Part shown: positions 29,759-38,153 of the stretch, in pieces | Layout: each line of letters begins with the position of its first letter | Position numbering within the stretch: position 1 is the stretch's first letter | From: an uncultured delta proteobacterium | GTDB taxonomy: Bacteria; Desulfobacterota; Syntrophia; Syntrophales; Smithellaceae | Assembly (NCBI GenBank): GCA_963753975.1 | Contig: CAVWEH010000001.1 | Span: forward strand, 128,001 to 192,000 | Direction: 5' to 3' | Length of the DNA stretch: 64,000 nucleotides | Notes under the pieces: model-generated | Database searches by the model: none | What the model was told of the DNA's origin: nothing | What the model saw: the letters and a program-made list of their open reading frames with translations, nothing else | Program-made: the position numbers and the translations under genes

Positions 29759-29782
29759 TGATAAACCTTTAAGCAGTTGTCT

Positions 29783-31132
29783 TCATTGAATCAGGTGCTC
29801 CCACAAAGGTCCTGTTAATCCCCGTTCATAGAGTTTGGGTAAAACATGGGTCGCCTTGGCTTCACCGGCGTCGACAAGCCAATTCAAACGACCGTCGGCA
29901 TAAGTTTTCACCGTTTGCATAATTTCCCGGCCGGATATGTGTGGTGATCTATAAAATACGGGTTGCAGGAGACTTTGAGAGGCGGTGATTTGACCTTCCT
30001 TCAGGGCGATATCATACAACGCGGTATGAGGATAGATACGGATGCCGCAAAAAAAGAAAAAGACCGATTTCCCCAGTTCATTCAATCCATTTAATGTTTT
30101 TTGCAGGGTCTGATAGGTTTCACCCGGACCGCCCAGAAGGAAATAATGGGCGATGTGCAGGTCAGCCGAGAGTGCCTGACTATGAGCTCTAAATACATCG
30201 GCGGCGGCAAATGGTTTGCTCAAATTGATGAGCATTAAATCGGACAAAGATTCTGTCCCAAATTCCACATGGGTCAACCCGGCATCCGCCAAACGCTTAT
30301 AATAATCGGCCGGAGGAACGGTGGGTGCAAAAAACCCCCCCCAGGGAATGGATACGCGGGCATCAATAAAGGCCTGAGCAATTTGTCTGCTGTGATCGTG
30401 GCTCGCATTAAAAGCCGAATCAGTAATAAAAATGTATTTGGCGCCGGCATCCTGCAATTTGCGTGCTCTCTGGGCTATTTCCTGCGGCGGGAAAAATCGC
30501 ATCCGGCTGCCTTCGATGTGAGGATAAATGCAGTAGCTGCAGCGAAAAGGGCACCCTCTTTTTGTTTGCAGGTTGAGCATTCCACCGCAGGATAAATAAA
30601 ATTTTGTATGCGAACTTACCGGATTAAAACTTCTATTGATTGGACCATCCCACGGCTCGTAAGTACTGATGGAGGTTTTTTTAGTCACAATGCCGGGAAT
30701 TGATTTTACGTCAGCATTTTTTTGCAGTGCTTCCAAAAGCAGGGGCAATCTTTCGCCCTCGCCGACAATGCCGTAATCTGCATCCAGTGCGTGGATAAAT
30801 TCAACCGGAAAAACGGTGAAACCACTGCCTCCTAAAATCAACTTGGCCTTAGAATTTTTTCTGATTTGACGCACCAAATTCTGATATTCTGCAAGAAAGC
30901 CGCGGCTGTTTATTATATCCAGGTTATCTATATTTCTGATTGATACTCCGACAAAATCGGGTGAAAACTTTCGAATTATCACCCCCAATTCTTCCAGATC
31001 GTTAAATTCATTCAAATCAACAATTTTGGTTTGATAACGTGAATCCAATGAACCGGCGACGTAATCGAGCCCCAGCGGATAAACAGGATACGGAACTCTC
31101 AGAGTGTTTGCCGAGATTAGCAATACTTTCAT
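29783..31132 (-). CDS. Cobalamin-binding radical SAM protein, lipid-biosynthesis-associated type (TIGR04072-like)
   Basis: MKVLLISAN, PYPVYPLGL, GVSIRNIDN, ILGGSGF, GEGE, QTKRGCPFRCSYC, GGPGET, IRIYPHT. Confidence 0.85.
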   Translation of the reverse strand: MKVLLISANTLRVPYPVYPLGLDYVAGSLDSRYQTKIVDLNEFNDLEELGVIIRKFSPDFVGVSIRNIDNLDIINSRGFLAEYQNLVRQIRKNSKAKLILGGSGFTVFPVEFIHALDADYGIVGEGERLPLLLEALQKNADVKSIPGIVTKKTSISTYEPWDGPINRSFNPVSSHTKFYLSCGGMLNLQTKRGCPFRCSYCIYPHIEGSRMRFFPPQEIAQRARKLQDAGAKYIFITDSAFNASHDHSRQIAQAFIDARVSIPWGGFFAPTVPPADYYKRLADAGLTHVEFGTESLSDLMLINLSKPFAAADVFRAHSQALSADLHIAHYFLLGGPGETYQTLQKTLNGLNELGKSVFFFFCGIRIYPHTALYDIALKEGQITASQSLLQPVFYRSPHISGREIMQTVKTYADGRLNWLVDAGEAKATHVLPKLYERGLTGPLWEHLIQ

Positions 31133-31189
31133 AATAGAGGCAAAATGCAAAAAGCGCTATAAGGTTATTATCTTTGCGTAAGCGAAAGC

Positions 31190-31462
31190 TTAAGCCTTTG
31201 GACGCTGATTCGCTAAAATGTGCGTGGCCAATGCACGCACCGATGCAAAAACCTTGGCGCCCAGTTCTTTGCTCTGGATTTTAACGCCATAGTTTTTTTC
31301 AATCATCATTACTAACTCCAGCACATCAATGGAATCAATTCCCGTATCGCCGCCCACAAGCGGAGCATCGTCCTTGATATCCTCCGGTTTAACATCCATC
31401 AATCCCAGTGTTTGAATAATTTTGACTTTAAGTTCAGTGACTAATTTTTCAATTTGGTTCAT
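31190..31462 (-). CDS. Acyl carrier protein (second, aryl-polyene-type signature)
   Basis: PLVGGDTGIDSIDVLELV. Confidence 0.9.
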   Translation of the reverse strand: MNQIEKLVTELKVKIIQTLGLMDVKPEDIKDDAPLVGGDTGIDSIDVLELVMMIEKNYGVKIQSKELGAKVFASVRALATHILANQRPKA

Positions 31463-31505
31463 TTAACACCTCAATGTTATTTGATTTAGCGCCGGTGAGA
31501 GCGCT

Positions 31506-31925
31506 TTAGTTTTTTATTGGGCCGGCTTCTGTTTTTTCCCGCGGCGAAGGTTTAATGATTTTAGCATCATCACCAAGTATTCTTTCTAAAATGATTCGTG
31601 CCGTCCAGCTCGAAAGAGCCTTCATGTATTTAGGGCCGGCAAGATACATACCGTACATAAAAGTAAGCCACGAAATGCCGTAAGTCACCGGTATGCCGAT
31701 AAAACCAATTAAAGGTTCGTTGAGCCTTGCGGCAATCACGCCAAGCACGGGAACTGCCGGTAAACCTATAATATAACTAAAAGCAATCAATAAAATACCG
31801 ATGTATATACGAGTCGATAGTTTTTCTTTAAAAACCCTCAGGTCGGCGTGTTCAGCGATGGCTTTGCGGCAATATTCTTTTTGGGCAAAATACAAGGCTG
31901 TTTTTTTTATTATGTTCACAATCAT
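31506..31925 (-). CDS. Hypothetical membrane protein, first gene of the lipid cluster
   Basis: 139-aa ORF with two hydrophobic segments. Confidence 0.65.
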   Translation of the reverse strand: MIVNIIKKTALYFAQKEYCRKAIAEHADLRVFKEKLSTRIYIGILLIAFSYIIGLPAVPVLGVIAARLNEPLIGFIGIPVTYGISWLTFMYGMYLAGPKYMKALSSWTARIILERILGDDAKIIKPSPREKTEAGPIKN

Positions 31926-32002
31926 TCCTGAAAAATAGGCGTATTTTTTTAAAAGTTTGTGATAATAGCTTTAAGTATAGAATAATTTCAAGGAAAATTT
32001 AT

Positions 32003-32262
32003 AGTGAGACTCAAATTGGTAGCTACCTGAAGGGTAGCTACGATACTTAAGGTAGATACTTATTTGCCCTTTCCCCGCTCACATCGCCGCTTGACAGCGG
32101 CTGATTGCGCGGGAAACTGTATTCAAAAACTAAGTACATAACCTAGCCGAACTATCCCGCTACAGGCGGGGCAGTGAGACTCAAATTGGTAGCTGCCTGA
32201 AAAGTAGCTACGATACTTAAGGCAGATACACTTATTTGTTCTTTTCCCGCTCACATTGCTGC
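32003..32262. repeat. Two direct copies of a ~90-bp structured unit (32003-32090 and 32173-32262)
   Basis: Both start AGTGAGACTCAAATTGGTAGCT and share GTAGCTACGATACTTAAGG and CCCGCTCACAT; offset 170 bp. Confidence 0.85.
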
Positions 32263-32364
32263 AGTTTATGCCCGTTAAATTATCAAACAAAATTCAATAG
32301 CATTGAAGGAAAATTTGCGTTATAAGATTTTAAAATAAAGGCAATCCCGAGAAAAGAGGGAAAA

Positions 32365-33057
32365 ATGAACAGAGCAGCTCTCCACAAAATTAGTTACGGT
32401 ATCTATATAGTGACTTCCGGACAGGATGGAAAATTCAACGGCCAGATAGCTAATTCCATGTTTCAGGTCACAGCGAACCCGGCAACAATCGCCATCAGTA
32501 TCAATAAAGAAAATTATACACACGAATTAATCAAACTCAGCCGCAAATTTGCCGTTTCGATTCTGGCGGAAGCAACACCCATGAAGTTCATCGGCCTTTT
32601 CGGTTTTAAGAGCGGGCGGGATGTAAACAAACTGCAAAACACGAAAACAAAGACAGGTGTGACAGGCGTGCCGATTGTTCTGGAAAACGCCGTCAGCTAT
32701 ATCGAAGCTGAACTCACGGGCGAATTGGATGGCGGTACGCATACCATATTTGTCGGGCGCGTCGTTGATGCGGATGTTATCAGCGACGAAGAACCTTTGA
32801 CGTATGCCTATTATCAGCAAGTTAAGGGAGGCAAATCGTCCAAAAATGCACCAACCTATGTGAAAGAAGATACGGCAGCACCATCGGCTTCAGCGGGAGC
32901 GCGCTATGTTTGCACAGTTTGCGGCTACATTTATGATCCGGCCAAAGGCGACCCGGATGGCGGCATTCCCCCCGGAACAAAGTTCGAAGATATTCCCGAT
33001 TCCTGGGTTTGCCCGGTTTGCGGTGCGGAGAAGTCTAAGTTCGAAAAAGAAAAATAA
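32365..33057 (+). CDS. Flavin reductase-rubredoxin fusion (high-molecular-weight rubredoxin type)
   Basis: [29 protein letters not shown], and C-terminal rubredoxin [10 protein letters not shown]...WVCPVCG. Confidence 0.9.
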   Translation: MNRAALHKISYGIYIVTSGQDGKFNGQIANSMFQVTANPATIAISINKENYTHELIKLSRKFAVSILAEATPMKFIGLFGFKSGRDVNKLQNTKTKTGVTGVPIVLENAVSYIEAELTGELDGGTHTIFVGRVVDADVISDEEPLTYAYYQQVKGGKSSKNAPTYVKEDTAAPSASAGARYVCTVCGYIYDPAKGDPDGGIPPGTKFEDIPDSWVCPVCGAEKSKFEKEK

Positions 33058-33423
33058 CGATAATTTTTGTGTTAATTTATTTCTTCCTGAAACAAAGCAT
33101 TAGGTAATTTTTACGGACATACGTGCTTTTAATCCGTAATAAACACAATTATACCCGACGACAAATATCGAAACAATTTTTGTGGTTAGAGAAAATTGAG
33201 AAGTATTGTGCTCACTGTGAAAATAATCCAACAAAGCAATGACCATGATAACGCACAACAATGACAGGTTAAACATGCTCCGGCTATTCCATGGATCAAA
33301 AAAGGGTATGTGTATGTAATGGGTTATTTATTTTCAGGAGAAATATTGATTTCGTAATTCTGACAACCCGCACTATATTTTACTCGATAATCATGATTCT
33401 GCCAAAATCTTTTCTGCCGACCT

Positions 33424-33822
33424 CTAGCTAAATTCACTCTGTTTTTTCAAATCATTTATCATATAGTCGATAAGAGCCTTGTAATCTTCGGCACTCAATT
33501 TAACCGGTTTCATGACACCTTGGCCTCTGTTCAATACACGATTAATCTTTTCTTTACTGAGATTTTTCCAGGCTGAAGATGTGGTAAAATCTTTAGGCTT
33601 ATACTGTGCGTGGTAGGCAGAAACAGGAGCCCCTTCTGATTTAATGAGATGGCATGCTGTGCAGTTATTTCTGAATATAACTTTACCCTTGCTATAGTCT
33701 TCGCAAAATACACTGCCGGCAAAAAAAAGACTAATTCCGAGAAATAATGAAACGTAAATAATATAATTAGTTATTTTCATAAAAGCACAACCTTGCAAAG
33801 TATTTGCAAAATTTACTAACAT
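33424..33822 (-). CDS. Monoheme c-type cytochrome
   Basis: Signal peptide, CTACH, distal Met in GVMKP. Start probably MKITNY (33780). Confidence 0.8.
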   Translation of the reverse strand: MLVNFANTLQGCAFMKITNYIIYVSLFLGISLFFAGSVFCEDYSKGKVIFRNNCTACHLIKSEGAPVSAYHAQYKPKDFTTSSAWKNLSKEKINRVLNRGQGVMKPVKLSAEDYKALIDYMINDLKKQSEFS

Positions 33823-34067
33823 CGAGTTGTGAACATGTCAAGAAAAAAGCTAATGGGTTCCTGCCTGAATGCGTTTCAGAATGCCTACTGACTTGATCGA
33901 ATACTTAAAATCCATGTCCATCCATATCGGATTCAACGTGATTACATCGACTAATCACATTAACGGTTGTTTTAGTGCACACATGATTTCAATTGGTAAT
34001 CTTCAGTTTTACCCGTTTCATGAATCTGTCGACTTGTAGGTGAAACAAACAACTCGGTTCATTGGGG

Positions 34068-36548
34068 TTAATTGCTAACTTTTCCCCAAACTCTTTTCCA
34101 AACTGTCTTCAGGCGCAACGAATTACTGACGACCGAAACAGAACTCAAAGCCATGGCCGCTGCGGCAAATTCGGGATTGAGCAGTATTCCGAAGAAAGGA
34201 TACAAAATACCCGCGGCAATGGGAATCCCAATCACATTGTAAATGAAAGCCCAGAAAAGATTCTGCTTGATCACCCGCATGGTAGCGGAAGATAGATTGA
34301 TAGCTTCCGGCACGCCCATCAAATCATCACGGATCAACGTTATATCGCCCGCTTCAATCGCCACGTCCGTTCCGGCCCCAATGGCAATGCCGACATCGGC
34401 GGCGGCGAGCGCCGGAGCGTCGTTGATGCCGTCGCCCACCATGGCGACAACTTCACCTTCTTTTTGCAGCTTTTTAATTTCATCCGCTTTACTGCCCGGC
34501 AGAACTTCCGCCAGGACACGATCAATTCCTAATTGAGAGGCGACTGCCTTAGCCGTACCGGCATTATCCCCGGTAACCATTGCCACCTTCAAGCCCCGGC
34601 GCTTCAGTTCGTAAATGGCCTGTTTTGCCGAATCTTTAGGCACGTCGGCCAGGGCAATAAGGCCAATAGCATTATTTTCCCTGGCAATATAAACAACCGT
34701 TTTCCCCTCTAGCGCGAGCTTAGCGGCCGCTTGATTCAAAACCGCCGTTGGAACACCTTCGGCCTCCATCAGCAGACGATTGCCGATAAGGCATGATTTG
34801 CCATTCAGCATCGCTTTTGCTCCCATTCCGGATAATGCCGTAAATTTATCCGCTTGCGCCAGGAATATTTGATCGGCTTGCGCTCGCTTCAAGATCGCCT
34901 GAGCCAGCGGATGCTCGGACATTTTTTCCAGCGCAGCGGCCGTAGCCAAAACTTCTTTGTCACTGAAACCGCGGGCACTATGAACATCGGTTACCACGGG
35001 TTCCCCGCGCGTCAATGTTCCCGTTTTATCGAAAACGATCACGGAAAGCTGATAAATTTTCTCCAGAGCCTCCCCGCCTTTGATTAGAATGCCTCCTTGT
35101 GCTCCCAAGCCGGTGCCCACCATAATTGCCGTGGGCGTTGCCAGGCCCAGGGCGCAGGGACAGGCGATAATAAGCACTGAAACAAAATTGATTAAAGCAC
35201 GGGCGAAATTATTATCGGCGGGAAGAAAATACCAAATAGCAAAAGTAATAATAGCAATGACAAAAACAGTGGGAACAAAAACAGAGGCAACTTTATCTGC
35301 CAGCCGCTGGATGGGTGCTTTGGATCCTTGAGCCTCTTCCACCAGACGGATGATTTGCGCCAGAACAGTTTGGGCGCCTACGCCTGTGGCGCGCAGAGTA
35401 AAACTTCCGGTTTTATTTATCGTTGCGGCAAAAACCTTTTGGCCGATCTCTTTTGTTACCGGTATGCTTTCACCGGTTAACATTGATTCGTCGATAGTAG
35501 AAGCGCCGGTTAAAATAAGACCGTCAACGGGAATCATCTCACCAGGTTTCACCAGAATCAAGTCGTCTGCCTGCACATCCTCTACGGCAACATCCAACTC
35601 TCCGTCATCTTTGATCAGATGTGCCGTTTTGGGTTTAAGCCCGATTAATTTTTTTATAGCTTGCGAAGTTTTTCCTTTCGCTTGCGCCTCCAAAAGCCGA
35701 CCTAACAAAATGAGAGTGACGATCATTGCCGCCCCGTCATAATAGACATGGGGCATTACACCGGCTTTCATGAATAAATTGGGGAAGAATGTTGCGAAAG
35801 AGGAATAGGCGTATGCCGAAAAGGCGCCTACGGCCACCAGAGTGTTCATATCGGATGTCTTCTGCCGCGCGGATTTATAGGCACCAATAAAGAAGCGGCT
35901 CCCCACCCAGAAAACAGCGGGAGTAGTCAGAACAAACATTGCCCAGAGCATCATCTGACGAGGAATGAACTGCAAGAAGCCAAACCAGTGCTGCATGGAG
36001 CCGAAAAAAATGATGACACTCAGTATTGCGCCGCAAATTACTTTTAACTTCAGTTCCCGTAGATCCCGGGCACGGGCGGTTTCCGCCGGATCGGTAAGTG
36101 TGTCTTTCATCTCGCCCAGGAATTCATAACCGTGTTTTGTTATAGCTTTAGCCAGCGCCGGCAAGCCTCCCCAGCTGGCGGCATGAATCACAGTAGCCCG
36201 GGATGTGGCCAGGTTTACGCCGGCATCCAGCACACCTTCAACACCTTTAAGTGCATTTTCCACCCGCCGCACACAGGCCGCACAGGTCATTCCGCCGACG
36301 GTAATGGTGACTTTTTCCTGATCCGTTCCGGAGGCATCCACGAAAGACTCATAACCCAGATCATGGACTTTATTTTGCAGTGCTTTTATATCGACAATAT
36401 TTTTGTTATATTCCACCTGCGCTTTTTCCGTTGCAAAGTTTACCGTGGCTCTGAGCACGCCGGGCGTTTGCCTCAAGCCTTCCTCGATGCGCCGGACACA
36501 GGCCGCGCAGGTCATACCGCTGATATTAAGCGTTACTTTATCCGACAA
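34068..36548 (-). CDS. copA: Cu(I)-translocating P1B-type ATPase
   Basis: Two GMTCAAC domains, TGES, CPC, DKTGT, SEHP, GDGIND, YN and MxxSS motifs. Confidence 0.95.
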   Translation of the reverse strand: MSDKVTLNISGMTCAACVRRIEEGLRQTPGVLRATVNFATEKAQVEYNKNIVDIKALQNKVHDLGYESFVDASGTDQEKVTITVGGMTCAACVRRVENALKGVEGVLDAGVNLATSRATVIHAASWGGLPALAKAITKHGYEFLGEMKDTLTDPAETARARDLRELKLKVICGAILSVIIFFGSMQHWFGFLQFIPRQMMLWAMFVLTTPAVFWVGSRFFIGAYKSARQKTSDMNTLVAVGAFSAYAYSSFATFFPNLFMKAGVMPHVYYDGAAMIVTLILLGRLLEAQAKGKTSQAIKKLIGLKPKTAHLIKDDGELDVAVEDVQADDLILVKPGEMIPVDGLILTGASTIDESMLTGESIPVTKEIGQKVFAATINKTGSFTLRATGVGAQTVLAQIIRLVEEAQGSKAPIQRLADKVASVFVPTVFVIAIITFAIWYFLPADNNFARALINFVSVLIIACPCALGLATPTAIMVGTGLGAQGGILIKGGEALEKIYQLSVIVFDKTGTLTRGEPVVTDVHSARGFSDKEVLATAAALEKMSEHPLAQAILKRAQADQIFLAQADKFTALSGMGAKAMLNGKSCLIGNRLLMEAEGVPTAVLNQAAAKLALEGKTVVYIARENNAIGLIALADVPKDSAKQAIYELKRRGLKVAMVTGDNAGTAKAVASQLGIDRVLAEVLPGSKADEIKKLQKEGEVVAMVGDGINDAPALAAADVGIAIGAGTDVAIEAGDITLIRDDLMGVPEAINLSSATMRVIKQNLFWAFIYNVIGIPIAAGILYPFFGILLNPEFAAAAMALSSVSVVSNSLRLKTVWKRVWGKVSN

Positions 36549-36738
36549 CTTCGTACCCCGCCTTTTTTATCGCCGCGGCGATTTTTTGAGGATCAACCGG
36601 TTTTACTTCCTCGTAAGTGGCCAGACCGCTTTTTAAATCCACCTGAACATTTTTTATGCCTTCCAGAGCGCCGAGCGCTTTGGTGACCGCCATAACACAG
36701 TGCTGACAGCTCATTCCCTTTATTTTAATGCTTTTCAT
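36538..36738 (-). CDS. copZ: Copper chaperone (HMA domain)
   Basis: GMSCQHC, 66 aa, overlaps the copA start. Confidence 0.9.
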   Translation of the reverse strand: MKSIKIKGMSCQHCVMAVTKALGALEGIKNVQVDLKSGLATYEEVKPVDPQKIAAAIKKAGYEVVG

Positions 36739-36766
36739 CTTGTTTCTCTCCTTAATAATAAAATTT

Positions 36767-36789
36767 AATGTTCTTAATTTAAGAACATT
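36767..36789. promoter_or_regulatory. Palindrome upstream of copZA, candidate operator
   Basis: AATGTTCTTA-ATT-TAAGAACATT, perfect 10-bp arms. Confidence 0.5.
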
Positions 36790-37057
36790 TTACCTATAAG
36801 CAAGATTAATAATCACTGTTTTTGGCATTTTATTCACTCAAGCTTAATATCTTCTTCTTGCTTGATATTAATTTTATTCTATATTATGGCAAAAAAGATA
36901 GGGAGAATGATTATTCACTGCTGGGGCGTCAAAAGTAAAAAATATCTCGAATATTTTGCCGTTTCCCAGTCAATGGAATTGGTGCTCTAATTTTCCGGTT
37001 AGTGCACTTATGAATTAATCAGCACTGTAAATATACCGCTAAGGAGAGTACAAAAAA

Positions 37058-37450
37058 ATGGTAATTTTATTTCATATGTCATTAATGGCTTTAGGAACGC
37101 TTTGCTTTGTTGCCGGTATCGGTGCTGCTGTTTTTTTTCGCAAAAAAAGAAATTGGCTGAAAATTCATAAAAATTTCAATTCAGCCGGTTTTATGGCTCT
37201 ATGTGTGGGAGCAATTATGGCCTTCACTTTTGTTGCGGAAAATAACGGCAAACATCTTGACGGAATTCACCAAATTTTCGGTTTTACCGCGTTTATTTTG
37301 ACTCTTGTTACTTTGGTCTTGGGGTTCCGTCAGTTTAAGGCTGAAAATAAAATAGCAGTGAGAATAACCCATCGCTGGGCGGGCAGAGCATCTTTGCTTT
37401 TGATTATAATTACTCTGATATTGGGATTAATACTCGCTAGTATCATTTAA
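37058..37450 (+). CDS. Four-TM His-containing membrane protein (cytochrome b561-like)
   Basis: His in each helix: LFHMS, WLKIHK, GIHQIFG, ITHRWAGR. Confidence 0.65.
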   Translation: MVILFHMSLMALGTLCFVAGIGAAVFFRKKRNWLKIHKNFNSAGFMALCVGAIMAFTFVAENNGKHLDGIHQIFGFTAFILTLVTLVLGFRQFKAENKIAVRITHRWAGRASLLLIIITLILGLILASII

Positions 37451-37456
37451 TATTAA

Positions 37457-38113
37457 ATGTGGCGCTGGAATGCTAAAAAAATTCTGTACACTTACTTGGT
37501 CTTTATTTTGATCTTTCTTGTTGTGACTAATCCGGCAACTGGAGCGCAGAAGAATATGAAGACAAAAATTACAGAAAATATTAATGAAGAAATCACGCTG
37601 GGCGGAGGCTGCTTTTGGTGTTTGGATGCTGTTTATAGAGAAATCAGAGGAGTAGAAAAGGTTCTTTCCGGCTATTCCGGAGGTTCAGTTGTTAATCCGA
37701 CTTATGAGGAAGTGTGCACAGGATCGACAGGGCACGCCGAAGTTGTGCAAATAACGTTCAATCCCCGAATCATAACTCTCGAAAAACTGCTCCAAATATT
37801 TTTCGTCATCCATGACCCAACGACATTAAACAGTCAGGGAGCCGATGTCGGCACTCAGTACCGTTCGATTATTTTCTATAGTAATCAAAAACAAAAAGAT
37901 GTTATCGATAAGGTCATCGGAGAGCTTAAAAAAGACAAGGTTTATAAAAACCCCATTGTAACCGAAGTAGTTCCCTATCAATCTTTGTATGCCGCCGAAG
38001 ACTATCATCAGGATTATTACAGTCAAAATAAAGAGCAGGGTTATTGTCAGGTTATCATTAATCCTAAATTGGGAAAATTTAAAAAGATCTTCCACGATAA
38101 TTTAAAGAAATAA
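37457..38113 (+). CDS. msrA: Peptide methionine sulfoxide reductase MsrA
   Basis: GGGCFWC, TGHAEVV, HDPTTLN, GTQYRS, AEDYHQDY. Possible signal peptide. Confidence 0.93.
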   Translation: MWRWNAKKILYTYLVFILIFLVVTNPATGAQKNMKTKITENINEEITLGGGCFWCLDAVYREIRGVEKVLSGYSGGSVVNPTYEEVCTGSTGHAEVVQITFNPRIITLEKLLQIFFVIHDPTTLNSQGADVGTQYRSIIFYSNQKQKDVIDKVIGELKKDKVYKNPIVTEVVPYQSLYAAEDYHQDYYSQNKEQGYCQVIINPKLGKFKKIFHDNLKK

Positions 38114-38153
38114 TCGTTCTTATTAAAGTCTGATTCTTTTTACGGTCAAAAAT

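Noticed and set aside
21091..31925. Calling the cluster a ladderane or aryl polyene pathway
   Set aside because: Components are shared, but there is no chain-length factor, ketoreductase or aryl-loading ligase here. The product cannot be named from sequence.
32003..32262. CRISPR array or c-di-GMP-I riboswitch
   Set aside because: Only two ~90-bp units and no cas genes. The minus-strand GGGCAAA occurs in only one copy and lacks the following GNRA hairpin and GCAAAG elements.
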